DNA of 63,805 nucleotides, the filler included, from Salisapilia sapeloensis CBS 127946 (lineage: Eukaryota > Protista > Oomycota), in NCBI GenBank assembly GCA_023334545.1. It is 4 parts of 4 records of this genome, joined end to end, with 100 filler letters (N's around TTAATTAATTAA, not from the genome) between each part and the next. Parts side by side here need not be neighbours in the genome. Positions count along the whole stretch, not along the records: positions 1 to 13,880 come from JAADVB010000394.1; 3 more parts are not named here. One strand, written 5' to 3'. Below the pieces are notes generated by a model. It was not told where the DNA came from. It searched no databases and saw only the letters and a list, made by a program, of their open reading frames with translations. A program made the position numbers and the translations under genes. Shown one piece after another: positions 1 to 12,467 of this stretch (within the stretch, counting starts at the first letter, position 1; each line of letters opens with the position of its first letter).

Positions 1-3000
1 CTCGTGCTGTTACTAGTGTGGGAGCTTAGTGGGAACAAGGCGGATGCTGCAAGCAGAGCTTATCGGCACGTTGTTACGACACTAAATAAGGATGAAGGAG
101 ATGAAGATGATCCCTTGTTGTCTCAGAAACTCTTCCTCGCTCTCATGGCAAGGCTTGGAGACATTGTCAAGGGCAATAGTCCTCTATCTACGACTGTGAA
201 CAAGAGTCGAGTGCTACGTAGTCTCCAGGTCGTATTCCATTTCTATGAAGAAGCAGCAAGTATGGATATCAAGAAGGTCGGGAAAGCAGATTCCTTTCTC
301 CCGAAAGTCATGGATTTATTAAAAGCAGCATTGAAAGAACCGACGCTCATGCAACTCGCGATCGAGACTTGTATGAGCTACCTACGTGTCTTATCTGTTC
401 GTGCTTTGTCGACGAACTTTGCTTCGATCCTAGTTAGTGTCTTGCCTTGTCTTCACGTTGATTCGTATGATATTTTGCGTGAACCTGCAGAGAAGGACTC
501 TCAAGTCAAGTGGAATGTCAATTCACTCGTCGCTACGTCTGATGATCGTCCACATGATATTGGAGACTTAGGACAGACAGCGCTGCGGGTACTAAGGTAC
601 CTTTTCATCGATCGTGGAAGCGACTTGAAAGACGCATTTCCTCGTATCCAATTGCTGCCATCTATCCCAGAGCTAGCAGAAGTGCATGCAGCTATCCGAT
701 CGACTATCGGAGATGTCGATAAGCAGAGTCTCACAGACTACTTGGACGTCATGTCGTCTACCTATATCAACCACTGGGACGCAGCTGTCCGAGAGGTGGC
801 GTTAGCACATCTCTTTAAAGTCCTCGTAACAAGAGCTTCCGAGCTGCAGACGCTTGTCCATGGCTCCGGCACGGCATTCGTACATGATACAGTCGTGAAG
901 ACGATGCAAGCGTTGCTGCAGTTGGCACAAGGCGAAGTGCAGGACACCATTAAGCTCTGGACAGGTCGATGTCTCGGAGCTCTTGGCGCGATGGATGCTG
1001 CTCGTATGCCGATGCATACGATCGAGAACCATTCGAGTATGACAGAGCTACCAGTACGAGAGCTAGCGTGTGTGTTGGTGGAAAAGTTCCTAGCGAAAGA
1101 GCTTCGTGCAGCACCTGGGAACACGGATTCCGTCGGCTTTGCCATCCAAGAACTACTCAAGGTCTTGCTCGGACAGATCGTCGCGTCTCCTGCTGATAGT
1201 GAGAAGACACTAGTGGATGAAGAAGGTAAGCAAGAAGAGACCCCGGATGCACATGCATGGCTCTGGCGTCGACTAGAACGTCGAGGTGTCTTGGATATCG
1301 TCGAGCCGTACTGGAAGACGCAGTACAAGGCTGGCGATCCACGTAGTGACCACGCGAGTAGAAAGAGATTTAAGAACACCTTGTACGACAACTATGAGCT
1401 GTCGTACGCCAATTGGCTTCAGTCCTGGTGCAAGCGATTGATGAGTATGTCGCACGATCCAGAGCGAAAGATCTTTGAAGCGTGTCGACCGGTCCTCGAG
1501 TCTTGTCCTCATATCGCTCGTTTCTTACTTCCTTATCTACTCCAAAGTGCTTTGCGTATACGTGATGAAGAGGTGTTCACCTCGATCGAACGAGAGATTA
1601 ATGCTGTATTGAACAGACAGGAGCTAAGTGTCTTGGCGGAAGACTATCTCCACTCTGGCCAAGGCTCGCATCCGAAGGCTTTTGCTGAGCTCTTGAGTCG
1701 ACATCATCAATGCGCTCAGATGATCTTCTCTGTCTTGGATGAACTTAAGCACTGGGTCTGGCGTAACGCTCAGAAGAAACTCGTGTCAAGTAGCTCGAGT
1801 CGTAGTGGTAACGCCGTTGCACCGAATCAGCCAGAGGATGATGATCAGGAGAAGGAGAATCTTGATGAGTTCCTTAAGACGATCCCGAATCGTGTCTTAT
1901 CGAACGCTGCGTATGGCATACGAGCCCATGCGCGTGCGATTCAATTGTTTGAACAGTTTCTTCGTCAACATGACTCGAGGCCGAGCTTTGACGAGAGTGT
2001 CGTCGGGTCTCAACGTGCCTTTGCACCCATTGCGTTGAAAGAAATATCGGATAATTCGTTCTATCTACAACAAATGTATAAGAGTTTAGATGATGCTGAT
2101 GCGATTAAAGGTATCGGTCGGATGCGACGGCTCTATGAGACGAAGAAGCAGCAGTCGCAAGATAGTTCCAATACTTCGAGTGAAACGTTAGAACAGCAGA
2201 ATCTCGCGAATGCTGCGCATGAGATTATTGAGTATGAACAAAGTGCACGATGGGATGATGCACTTGCATGCTACGATACGGTGCTTCAGACGATTTTGGA
2301 AGCTCCAAATGTAGACTTTTCGGAAGAGAGTGATAGCTACGGAAGTATCTTTGAAGGTATCATTCCGGCAGACATACGCCTCGCGAAGCCTGATCTGTAC
2401 TTTGGTCTGGTGCAAGGTTATAGACGTCTAGGACAGTACGCGAATGCCTTGAGCGAGATCAATGGTATCGCAGCTGCTGAGCCACGATACGCCGCGAAGC
2501 TGTATCCGCAAGCACTGGATTGTGCTTGGCGATTGCAGCAGTGGGGACTGATGGAAGGTCTTTTAGAGACGCAGTCGAGTGCGTCGAAACTAGATGTAGA
2601 AGGTAGAGGGCTTAAGCTCATGCTGGAAGCAGACGTTCCGAGTCTCGACATCTCGGAATTGTCGACGTCAAAAGCATTGTTACGCCTGCATCAAGGAGAC
2701 TTGAATGGTTTCCAAGCATCGCTTAAGGAAGCACAGTTAGAGATCATGGGACCTCTAGCAGCTGCATCAGCCGAGTCGTATCAACGTAGTTACCCGCTTT
2801 TGCATAAACTCCACTTTCTACATGAAGCAGAGCAAGGTATCGTCGCGATCCATAACATGAAGAGTGCGACGGAAGAGGATAAGCTACAGCTATGGGCGAA
2901 GCAGTGTCCTTGGGAAGGGAGACTGGAACAACTGCCATCGTCTCTCGAGTTCCGAGATCCGATCCTGGCACTACGTCGTGTCCTGATGACAGAAGGTAAG

Positions 3001-5283
3001 CTCAGTGATGACTTGCAGTCTGCGAATTGGCTCCAATACGCCAAACTCGCGCGAAAAGAGGGACAAGGGAGGACGGCTGCAAGTGCAGTCATGCGTGCTG
3101 AGGCTCTGGATAATGTCTACGCTCCGTTGGAGAAAGCCAAGGTGTTTGCTGCAAGAGGTGACGTCCATCAAGCACTGCAGTGGCTTGAACCTGCTCAGAT
3201 CAGTCCGAGTGAACTCGACTTTGACCACGTTCCAGATCGACGATATAGTGCCAAGATGCTACTGACAGGCACGATCTGGCTGCAACATTCTGGTCAACAG
3301 CATGGAAAGAGCATCATTGAACGCTTTAAGGCTGTCACGACGTATGACGGGACGTGGGAGAAGGGCTACTGGCATCTGGCCAAGTACTATGACTATCTCC
3401 TGACGAAAGGGTATCGGGAGAAAGTAGTAGACGGCCAATTGCCGACGATAGATCAGAACTTTCATTTGTACTTGATTAAGGCATTAGAGAATTATGTCAC
3501 GGCATTGTCGCTTGGGACGAAATCAGTGTACCAAGCCTTGCCTCGTTTGCTTACGCTCTGGTTCGAGTACGGCGAGACGTTGCAACCTCGTCGACGGTCC
3601 TCGACTCAATCGCTCTCACAATCTGACGCGTTATCTCAGATCCATGATGACGTGGTGAAGAGCATGGAGAGAGGGATACGAAAGCTACCGTCGTATGTCT
3701 GGATGTCTTGTTTCTCTCAAATCGCTTCTCGTATCTGTCATCCGAACGCACGTATCGCTGACTGCGTTCGGAATCTACTTGGTAACCTCTTGACAGCATA
3801 TCCGAAGCAAGCAATGTGGACGCTTTTAGGTCTTTCGGAGTCGCTCAATCGACAGCGACGAGAGCGTGCGAAAGGTGTGATTCAGTCCGTTCGCAAACGT
3901 TTTCATGAAACTGGTCGATCGGATCTTGCGGAAAGTCTCGATGATGGCATGTACCTCGTTCAGAAACTGATTGACATTGCCGGACAGGATCCAGGCGAAA
4001 GTCGGCGCATGAAGATACATATCAACCGCTTACGAAGTCGCATCCTAGTGCCCCGACAAGCTGCTCTCGTTAGTGTCTTACCTACGAATGGTCTAACACC
4101 TGCTGATGAAGAGCATGATGCTTACCCTCCATCCTCTCAAGTCTACATTCGTGGCTTTAGTGACGTCGCAGAAGTGATGCCGACGAAAGAGAAACCTAAA
4201 AAGATACAGATCTATGGTTCCGATGGGCGAACATACATGTTCTTGTGTAAGCGAGAGAAGGCAGGTGACCTTCGGAAGGATGCACGACTGATGGACTTGT
4301 GTACGATGATCAATAAGATGCTACAGAAGGATCCGGAGGCTCGACATCGGAAGATTCAGATGAGAACGTACGGCGTCACGACGCTGAATGAAGAGTGCGG
4401 ACTTATCGAGTGGGTTCCTCACACGACCGCCATGCGTCACTTGATCGGACGTATCTCCCAGACCGAGCGGGGTGTCTTGCAACCATGTCGTCTGTCCCAT
4501 CAGACGAAAGATAACTTTCTTCAGATGCAAAAGAAGTATGCTCGAGATCCAGTGAGGAGAGTCGAGTTCTATCGCAAGTATGTGCTCAAGGACCCGGCCT
4601 TTATGCCACGTTTCCATCAGTGGTTCGTGAATAACTTTGCCGACCCAACGGCATGGCATGAAGCTCGAAGAGCATTCTCTCGATCTGCAGCAGTTTGGTC
4701 AATGGTTGGACATGTCGTTGGATTAGGCGATCGACATGCTGAAAACATTTTAATTGATACCAAGACAGGCGAATGTGTCCACGTAGACTTTGATTGTTTA
4801 TTCGACAAGGGATTGAAACTAACAAAGCCAGAGATTGTGCCATTTCGATTGACACCGAATATGCTTGATGCACTTGGCATCACGGGGTACGAAGGTGCTT
4901 TTCGAACGAATTGTGAGGCATCGATGACGGTGCTGCGAGAGAATAAAGCTGCATTGCGTAGTGTCCTCGAGTCGTTCGTACATGATCCGCTTGTCGAGTG
5001 GGGAAGACGAGGGAAAGCGGGGACAGAAGCCGATCGGAATACAATCAGTATCTCGAATGAAACGATTAAAGAAGAGACGGCATCGATGCTGAACAAGATC
5101 GATGGACGACTGGATGGGATCTATAATCTCGGTGATGGGATCCGACCTTCGCAACGAGGATTGATTGCGAAGACGGAACAAATCTCACTGTCTGTTGCAG
5201 GACAAGTGGATAAGCTACTGAAGGAAGCGACAGCACCGGAGAATGCATCACAGATGTACATTGGCTGGATGCCGTTCCTTTAA
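1..5283 (+). CDS. ATR: ATR/Mec1-type PIKK serine/threonine kinase, 5'-truncated at window edge
   Basis: Frame is open from base 1 and intronless. UME/FAT-like helical region, then PIKK motifs GLGDRHAENIL and HVDFDCLFDKG...PEIVPFRLT, ending in an ATR-type FATC tail MYIGWMPFL-stop. Confidence 0.95.
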   Translation, partial: LVLLLVWELSGNKADAASRAYRHVVTTLNKDEGDEDDPLLSQKLFLALMARLGDIVKGNSPLSTTVNKSRVLRSLQVVFHFYEEAASMDIKKVGKADSFLPKVMDLLKAALKEPTLMQLAIETCMSYLRVLSVRALSTNFASILVSVLPCLHVDSYDILREPAEKDSQVKWNVNSLVATSDDRPHDIGDLGQTALRVLRYLFIDRGSDLKDAFPRIQLLPSIPELAEVHAAIRSTIGDVDKQSLTDYLDVMSSTYINHWDAAVREVALAHLFKVLVTRASELQTLVHGSGTAFVHDTVVKTMQALLQLAQGEVQDTIKLWTGRCLGALGAMDAARMPMHTIENHSSMTELPVRELACVLVEKFLAKELRAAPGNTDSVGFAIQELLKVLLGQIVASPADSEKTLVDEEGKQEETPDAHAWLWRRLERRGVLDIVEPYWKTQYKAGDPRSDHASRKRFKNTLYDNYELSYANWLQSWCKRLMSMSHDPERKIFEACRPVLESCPHIARFLLPYLLQSALRIRDEEVFTSIEREINAVLNRQELSVLAEDYLHSGQGSHPKAFAELLSRHHQCAQMIFSVLDELKHWVWRNAQKKLVSSSSSRSGNAVAPNQPEDDDQEKENLDEFLKTIPNRVLSNAAYGIRAHARAIQLFEQFLRQHDSRPSFDESVVGSQRAFAPIALKEISDNSFYLQQMYKSLDDADAIKGIGRMRRLYETKKQQSQDSSNTSSETLEQQNLANAAHEIIEYEQSARWDDALACYDTVLQTILEAPNVDFSEESDSYGSIFEGIIPADIRLAKPDLYFGLVQGYRRLGQYANALSEINGIAAAEPRYAAKLYPQALDCAWRLQQWGLMEGLLETQSSASKLDVEGRGLKLMLEADVPSLDISELSTSKALLRLHQGDLNGFQASLKEAQLEIMGPLAAASAESYQRSYPLLHKLHFLHEAEQGIVAIHNMKSATEEDKLQLWAKQCPWEGRLEQLPSSLEFRDPILALRRVLMTEGKLSDDLQSANWLQYAKLARKEGQGRTAASAVMRAEALDNVYAPLEKAKVFAARGDVHQALQWLEPAQISPSELDFDHVPDRRYSAKMLLTGTIWLQHSGQQHGKSIIERFKAVTTYDGTWEKGYWHLAKYYDYLLTKGYREKVVDGQLPTIDQNFHLYLIKALENYVTALSLGTKSVYQALPRLLTLWFEYGETLQPRRRSSTQSLSQSDALSQIHDDVVKSMERGIRKLPSYVWMSCFSQIASRICHPNARIADCVRNLLGNLLTAYPKQAMWTLLGLSESLNRQRRERAKGVIQSVRKRFHETGRSDLAESLDDGMYLVQKLIDIAGQDPGESRRMKIHINRLRSRILVPRQAALVSVLPTNGLTPADEEHDAYPPSSQVYIRGFSDVAEVMPTKEKPKKIQIYGSDGRTYMFLCKREKAGDLRKDARLMDLCTMINKMLQKDPEARHRKIQMRTYGVTTLNEECGLIEWVPHTTAMRHLIGRISQTERGVLQPCRLSHQTKDNFLQMQKKYARDPVRRVEFYRKYVLKDPAFMPRFHQWFVNNFADPTAWHEARRAFSRSAAVWSMVGHVVGLGDRHAENILIDTKTGECVHVDFDCLFDKGLKLTKPEIVPFRLTPNMLDALGITGYEGAFRTNCEASMTVLRENKAALRSVLESFVHDPLVEWGRRGKAGTEADRNTISISNETIKEETASMLNKIDGRLDGIYNLGDGIRPSQRGLIAKTEQISLSVAGQVDKLLKEATAPENASQMYIGWMPFL

Positions 5284-5358
5284 CTTGATACTGAATAAGA
5301 AATGACGTTTTGGATGCGAAACGAATGTCTCTATTCCATCGACATGACATGTATTTGA

Positions 5359-5970
5359 TTACTTTGTCGACTTGTCTTCCGATCGACTGAACGTACGTTT
5401 CGCCCATTTTAACGTCGCAAGAGTGAATGGGAAGCGGATCGGTTCAATGGCTTCGTTAAGCAGAACAGCGATGGCGAGGTCACCATGCTCTGGCTTGAGT
5501 TTGGTAGGGTCCACGAGCTTGTCACCACCCATACTCATGACAAAGTCCACAGCTCCGGCACTCGAGACGAAGCCAAAACGGAAAGCAGAGTAGATGGCGA
5601 CACCTGTACCGAGGTAAAGTCCAGTCCACCAGAAGAAGAAGGGCATGCCGTACTCGGTGATCGTCGACATAAATTTCCCTTTGCCTGACTTCTGCGTCTT
5701 GAGCTCTTCCACTTGCTTACGCAAGGCTTCATTTTCCTCTAGTAGCTCGTAGAAGCTCATATCTTCAGGCTTTTTCTCCTTCTTATCATCCGTCTGTGTC
5801 GCAAATCCGTGTACTTGGAGACCGTAGAATGGTGTCGCAGAGTGATTTTGGAAACCACGTCCAGTTGAGAGTAGGACACTTCCATTGCAAGGCAATGCAT
5901 TCGTTCGAAGACCAATGCACTGTCGCGTAGCTTGACGCAGTGCCGGACGGTAGAGTGACGCAGGCAGCAT
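5359..5970 (-). CDS. FAM210/DUF1279-family protein, probably mitochondrial
   Basis: Arg-rich, acid-free N-terminal presequence, then YGMPFFFWWTGLY...GDLAIAVLLNEAIEPIRFPFTL, which resembles the DUF1279 core. Confidence 0.75.
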   Translation of the reverse strand: MLPASLYRPALRQATRQCIGLRTNALPCNGSVLLSTGRGFQNHSATPFYGLQVHGFATQTDDKKEKKPEDMSFYELLEENEALRKQVEELKTQKSGKGKFMSTITEYGMPFFFWWTGLYLGTGVAIYSAFRFGFVSSAGAVDFVMSMGGDKLVDPTKLKPEHGDLAIAVLLNEAIEPIRFPFTLATLKWAKRTFSRSEDKSTK

Positions 5971-6057
5971 TAGGATGAAAAGCGATTGGTAGGCAAAAAG
6001 ATGAGATCGTGTTTGTCATAGAATGCCATTCTCGACTCCAGTGGTAACTTGGTGGAG

Positions 6058-8059
6058 CTAAACTTTCGTCACGCGGATCGATGTCCAGATGAGGATGACA
6101 GCTCCCAAGCTTGCAATTGCAAACGTCAGGTAACTCACAGTAGTCGCAGAAGTGAGTTGGCCGACGGGAACAGGTACAGGAGAGATGTGGAGGGGGATCT
6201 CGGGTAGTATGTGTCGCCAAGCCTTTTGGGCTGATGAGACAGTAGTCGGCCATTCCTACGTTTTATATTAAATGTGGTAAGTTCTATGTGATAAGTAGGT
6301 GGGTATGAAAAATAGAGACCAGATTGTATGGTTCGTCAATCGGTTCAATGCGTCTGGAGATTTTGTTTTGACGTGGGCAATGGATGAAAAAGTCTGGAGG
6401 AAAGAGTGGAGCTTGACGATATGTCTTGTCTTCGGCAGGTGCTTGGTATCGGAAGTGGATGGGTAAGTCCAGATGATAGTCCGTTGTGTTAAGACTAGTT
6501 ATACATGTCTAGTTACTACGAGAGCATATGATTAAGGTGGAAAGACACAGCATACCTATCTACTTCGAGTGCGATCGAGTGTTGCGTACTGACAGTCGAC
6601 GGTCGCTCGATTTCAATGTGCTTCTGGTGACTGAACAGACGTAAATGACCGAACCTCTCCAGTCGCTGTGGATCATGCAATACACGTATTAGTTTAAGTT
6701 TGAAGATGGGATGAGGGAAGCATACTCGTAGTTCATCCAAGTCGGCATATACACTGTGATCTAATGGGAATAGCAATAGCAGCGTTCCATCTAAACATTC
6801 TGAAGAATCCGGTAGCTTGACATGTATCTTGTACGCTTGATGGAAACCCTCTCCTTCCGCGTGAACGTTCACAACTGCCTTTTGAATTGTATCAGGCAAA
6901 GAGTCTGGAAGTTGTATCTGCAGTTTCTTAGCCTCTCCATTCACCACATTCACTGCATCTATGACCTGATGCAAGTGTGATGGGATTGTTGGAACGACAT
7001 GTGAAGCAACAGAGACGCCATCTGCTGTCCATCGTTCAGGTGGGAGTTCAATCTCCAACTGCTCTTTAGAAGTGCCAATGTAGGCTCTTAGTATATTCGT
7101 CTTTGGGACGGAGTCGACGGTGTAATCGATCACTACACTAGAGTATCGTTCTAGCAAGAAGTGCTCTTCAATGTGGATACTATTGAGTGCTCTTTCGATA
7201 TGGGAGAGAGGAAGTTTGAATGTAGATGGGTGATAAAGTCTTCCATCATCACTAGATGGGAAGCGAAAGATACTTGATAAGCATGTGTGCTTTCCAAACT
7301 GACTCAATAGGTCTTTACTGTCCCAGTCAGCTACATTGCAAAGTGCCTTGGCTAGGAATCCTGTAGCGGTTTTCGGTGAGAAATAATGGACTGATAGTAA
7401 TGATCGACGGAATGTCCACCTGGATATGGCTGGATTCTGGCATGCAGAGCTGGTAGTTGGGTTAGAAGAATAAGCAGGACTCGATGCTCCACCTTCTTGT
7501 AGTCATCATCAGTGTATTTGTCGTTGAGATGAACTCGAATGTGCACGCCGACAGTGCTGACACCGAGAGAGTGCACCGCAGACGGCATGAGCATGTCGAA
7601 CGACGAGCTCGTGATATTTGTTTCTGGTGTCCACGCAATCTATTTAATTCTTATACGTATGTAGGATGATTATGGACGAATTGTAGTGCTTGTACTTCGA
7701 TCTTCTCAATAAAAGCTCCACTGTGCACCTAATGATGCGCATATGAATACTTTGTACAGCATAAACAAATATAAGAGGATATAAAAGTCATTACCTGTAA
7801 ATCTTCCTCATACTGGCCTGTAAAGGTTCCCAGCACGCCATTATTTGATGTAGATACGAACAATTCACCATCTATTGCGTCCACATCACTGGTTTAATAC
7901 GATTTTAAAAGCATATAAGCGATATTCAACTATACTTTTGGTATCATGAGACAAAGAATTATCGTATTCTTGTGGCCATAATGTCCAAGAAGCTGAAGAT
8001 GCTGTTGCAACAGTGAAAAGCGCTGCCAACGCCAAGTACCGACGTAGATCGTATTTCAT
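6058..8059 (-). CDS. PIGX: PIG-X/PBN1-like GPI mannosyltransferase I subunit (multi-exon; middle exon boundaries not fully resolved)
   Basis: Signal peptide MKYDLRRYLALAALFTVATASS from ATG 8059. Exons encode VYADLDEL, IEIERPS and LDLPIHFRYQAP...PPDFFIHC (about 6340-6470). C-terminal VPVPVG plus TM helix, TAG at 6060-6058. Confidence 0.8.
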
Positions 8060-8190
8060 TGTTCCGAATTGAGTCTGTCTCGATATGGTGTGCATATTTC
8101 TATAGACATGTATGTAGCTTATATTGTGGATTCTACTTATCTTGAAGTTTGTATGTGGGATATGGCAGGCTAAAGACAACCGAAAGCAAA

Positions 8191-8774
8191 ATGGCGACAC
8201 GAGGTGCATGGCAGCTCAAGCAGCTCACGATCCGGTACTGCCAGTACGGTGGTAGCAGTCGCAATGTCAGGTAAATTTATATGAGGATTATCGTGAGCGT
8301 TTATTTGTATATTGAGGTTTTATTGAAATGTAGGGAGATGCTGCGTAGCGACCGATTCCGTCAATTTGTCGAGGCGAACCCGCAGGTGCAGTTCCAGACA
8401 GAGATCAAGAGTGCTCGTCACCCAATCGTCATTGGAGACTACGGTACGGATCCATAACAGCATCTATACGCAATAATAGTCGTATAAGTTCTAACTATGC
8501 TTGTCATGTAGTCTCGGACCACCGCAAGGTCTGCGATGTCAAGAACCAGGACATTGAGTCTGTCATGAAGCAGGTTTGTACAGTTATAAAAAGCCAACCT
8601 CTTTTTCCAATCACTAAATGGCATGATTCTGTAAATTAGATTGAACGCATGCGAAACACGAGTGGCCGGAAGATGACGAAGTTGAAAAAGCCTGTGGTGA
8701 CGGAGAAGCCGACTTTCCAGGGCATTTGGCAGCAAGACATGGAGTTCCCAGAGTTCACCATCGAGCACCAATAG
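8191..8774 (+). CDS. MRPL43: Mitochondrial ribosomal protein L43 (mL43); exons 8191-8270, 8334-8443, 8512-8573, 8640-8774
   Basis: Manual splicing at GT-AG introns of 63, 68 and 66 nt gives MATRGAWQLKQLTIRYCQYGGSSRNVR...HPIVIGDY...KPTFQGIW. Missing from the ORF track because of the introns. Confidence 0.9.
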
Positions 8775-9087
8775 ACATTTCCACTCGCTCAGCACGTAGA
8801 GCTCCTCCCGCTTAACACAACATATTGACATTTTCCGTCACTTTTCTCCCTCCACCTTCTCCTCTCTACTCCTCTAGTACCCACCACGCATGCATGCAAG
8901 TACATAAGTAGCACATACCAGTAGGACGAGCACATCCATCGCGGACGGAAGATACTTCCAACTTCAACAATCTGTCGGTCGCTCGAAAGTACCGTACTTT
9001 CGCGCAACATCCTTTTAATTGACTGGCTGCCAAGCACCTCGCAAGGAGACAAACAACCAAAAAGCCAATTGCCACAAGGTAGACAGG

Positions 9088-9705
9088 ATGGGTGCGTACA
9101 AGTACATGGAAGAGCTCTGGAAGCGAAAGCAGTCCGACGTGCTGCGTTTCCTCCTGCGTGTCCGCGCATGGGAGTACCGTCAGCTGCCGGTTGTGCACCG
9201 CTGCCCGAAGCCGTCCCGTGTCGACAAGGCTCGTCGCCTCGGATACAAGGCCAAGCAGGGCTTTGTCATCGTTCGTGTCGCCGTTCGTCGTGGTGGCCGT
9301 AAGCGCCCGAACGCCAAGGGTATCGTGTACGGTAAGCCGAAGCACCACGGTATTAACCAGATCAAGGCGACGCGCAACTTGCGTTCTGTGGCCGAGGAGC
9401 GTGCGACGGAAAAGTTCTCCAACCTCCGTGTGCTCAACTCGTACTGGATCAACCAGGATGCGACCTACAAATACTTTGAGATCATCCTCGTCGACCACTC
9501 GCACAAGCGCATCCGTCGCGACCCGCGCATCAACTGGCTCGCTCGCAACACGATGAAGCACCGTGAAAAGCGTGGACTTACGTCTGCTGGTCGCAAGGCC
9601 CGTGGACTTCGCAAGCGTGGACACGCCGCGAACAAGCTTATTGGTTCGTCCCACCGCCAGAACTGGAAGCGTCGCAACACGCTGTCTCTGCGTCGCTACC
9701 GTTAA
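9088..9705 (+). CDS. RPL15: 60S ribosomal protein L15 (eL15)
   Basis: MGAYKY...[10 protein letters not shown]...[12 protein letters not shown]...[22 protein letters not shown]...LSLRRYR; strongly biased codon usage. Confidence 0.98.
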   Translation: MGAYKYMEELWKRKQSDVLRFLLRVRAWEYRQLPVVHRCPKPSRVDKARRLGYKAKQGFVIVRVAVRRGGRKRPNAKGIVYGKPKHHGINQIKATRNLRSVAEERATEKFSNLRVLNSYWINQDATYKYFEIILVDHSHKRIRRDPRINWLARNTMKHREKRGLTSAGRKARGLRKRGHAANKLIGSSHRQNWKRRNTLSLRRYR

Positions 9706-9871
9706 ACATGACTCTTATGGTCTTCTAACAATGAAAGATGTGGGCAATTGGTTACCTCCATTCCGAATCCTATTGTTCTATTTGAAACGAAAGAATTTTT
9801 TCTTTTTCTTTTGTAATTACCGTATTTGATTGCCTAATCGTCCTTGAAGACCGAGTCCTTGACATCTAAAC

Positions 9872-10783
9872 ATGTATCGGCTCGCTCGGACCGCTAGCTC
9901 TTCCTCCCGTCGTCTCTTTAGCTCCTCGGCAGTCGAATCGACTGTTGTGAGAATCGAGAAGCTACGAGGGAAAGATGAGGGAATTGCATTGCTCACGATG
10001 GATCGCCCAAAGGGCATGAATGCTCTTGGAAAGCAGTTCATGGAGGAATTTAATAACGCTGTCTTTGATCTCCGTGGTAGCTCGGATGTTCGAGTTGTCA
10101 TTGTCCGTAGTACACTTCCTAAGGCTTTCTGCGTTGGCGCCGACCTCAAGGAACGCCGTGGCATGACGGCAGAACAAGCTGCTGCTACTTCGTTCGGACT
10201 GCGCAGTGCTTTCACGGCACTCGAGCAGCTGCCGATGCCGACGATAGCTGCGATTGAAGGTGTTGCACTGGGAGGCGGATTGGAGATGGCTCTCGCATGT
10301 GACTTTCGTGTTGCTGGAGGCAAGGCACTACTAGGTGCACCAGAAACCGCTCTGGCTATCATCCCTGGTGCCGGCGGGACACAGCGTTTGCCGCGTTTGA
10401 TCGGTACGTTGCTAGATCCAAGAGATAGTTATGTATGATGCTGATAATGATAAACAACAGGAGTATCCAAGGCAAAGGAGTTGGTCTTTACGAGTCGTCG
10501 TATCGGGGCAGACTCGGCGAAGGAGCTGGGGCTAGTCGAGTATGCTGTGGACGAAGGAGAGGCGTTGGACAAGGCGATGGATTTGGCTAGGGAGATCCTA
10601 CCTAATGGACCAGTGGGTGTCCGAATGGCCAAGGAAGCCATCTCCCGCGGTTCAGAAGTGGATTTGGCAACTGGACTGGCGATCGAACGTGCTTGCTACG
10701 CTCAAGTGGCGTGGACGAACGACCGGCTGGAGGGGTTAGAGGCGTTTAATGAGAAGCGCAAGCCAGAGTACAAGGGAGAGTAA
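9872..10783 (+). CDS. Mitochondrial enoyl-CoA hydratase/crotonase, AUH (methylglutaconyl-CoA hydratase)-like; exons 9872-10403, 10461-10783
   Basis: Crotonase motifs FCVGADLKE, ALGGGLEMALACD and ETALAIIPGAGGTQRL; a 57-nt GT-AG intron joins the two ORF-track pieces. Confidence 0.88.
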
Positions 10784-10821
10784 GGAAATACATGGCGAGA
10801 ACGTTGAGAAAAAGGAGCGCT

Positions 10822-12138
10822 TTATGGTTTCGTGACGATAGCGTTGACTTGCCATAGATGCAATGTCTTCTCTCGTGCGTAGGAAAAGTAGCGAGGTATG
10901 GTATTCACGTCTACTTCCTTTGCTTTCAGCCGGATGTCTTCTAGTTCTGTTGGCACCTCGTTGTCTTCTGTGAAGCACCCGCTACAAGTGAGATGGTTGG
11001 TTTCGATTAAACTAGGCTCTTGGATGTTGTGTGGACAGAGAATGGAGATGAAAGTATCGTAGCCAAGTGACATCTCTTGCAAGGTGTGTACGGAGAAGAC
11101 GATACGCTGTTCAGCACCTATAAATGCTGTAGCTTTAGGATGCTCTTTCATCACTTGAACCAATGCCAAGATGAAAGATGTAGCGGTCTCATCGTCGTAC
11201 AAGACATCACTAGACATCTTGGTATAAGAACATGATACGCATCGAGTTATGTTTATGGGGTTTTACCCTGCAATGATAATGCCTAGATCCTTCAGATCTT
11301 CCTTGTCTTGCAATGTCCAGCGGAAGCTGTCGTCTTCGCCAGCAGAAAGGAGCGGTTGTGTCCAGTCGAATCTGCGAAAGCGAAGGTCACCCTACATGGA
11401 TAAACTTTAAGTAGACAAGTATATCATCGTCCTATATGTCTCGGCACTCACAGACGTATTGGTACGAGCGTTACGGACTCCTAGCTTTAAGGCTTTCGTG
11501 GCAAAGTCTGTGGCAAAGACCACTCGTGCTTGTCTGGAAGCTACGAGAGCACTTAGACCTAGAAGGCAGTAGGTGGTCAAGGTTACTTGCTATCGGTAGT
11601 GCCAGGTAGAAGATTGCTTACATACCTACACCGCATCCCATTTCCAGGACAGTAGTATCTCTTATCGACTTAACATCATATCGTCATGAATCGTCAGTGT
11701 GAAGATGAATTAAGATATCAAGCAAGTACTTTGGAGGAGAGCATGAACTCTGTGAGTAGCAATGCTGCACGCCATAACTGCTCCCCTGCATCCTCCCATG
11801 TTGTGCTGTTTTGACAATAAAGCTTTATGACGTCTGACGTGGTCATGGAGTCGTTCGATCGCCTTAATCGTTTCCGCCGAGGTATGTCGAGGTCGCCATC
11901 GTCGTCTATTGCACCGCCAGCCTCGCTTTTAGTGCTGGCGTGCACTGGACTTCGGGGCGATGCAGAAATGAGTTCTAATCGAATTGATGGCTACGAACGA
12001 TGTGAATGAATCTACACGAGCTAGCACTGCAATTGCGAGTGAAGGGTATACTTTAGACGTTCCCATTAAAGCGTTTGAGTTGGACGCTTGCCCACTCGTC
12101 AGCTCCTGCACTACTTCGGACTGGACGCGATGATCCAT
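10822..12138 (-). CDS. METTL22-like (family 16) protein-lysine methyltransferase, multi-exon
   Basis: DDDGDLDIPRR, AGEQLWRAALLL, VLEMGCGVG (motif I), VFATD, FDW and SDVLYDD in successive exons. The start at ATG 12138 (MDHRVQSEV) needs an inferred 61-nt intron at 11991-12051. Confidence 0.75.
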
Positions 12139-12467
12139 TTCGCTTTTTCGATTGGCTCTGTAGTATGTGTATGCAAGAAGTATATAGTACTTGTGCCAGG
12201 CGCACCCCAAACGCACATGAAGTTACTTCGAATGCTTGTCGAAGGAATTACTTGTCCTATACTTCCACATGTCCATGTACTACCTACTCAGACAAGTAAA
12301 ATCGTTCTTACAAGTAAAAACCTACTGCCTGATACGCTCTAGCAGACTGAGTAAAATGACTTGCCTGCACGTGTAAATAGCCTACAAGGTACCTTCGCAA
12401 CAACCACATTAAATGCAAATGCGCGTTTCGAATTTCATTTCTTTCGTCAGAAAGTTTATCATCATGT

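Noticed and set aside
8866-9654. 262-aa minus-strand ORF
   Set aside because: Antisense shadow of RPL15.
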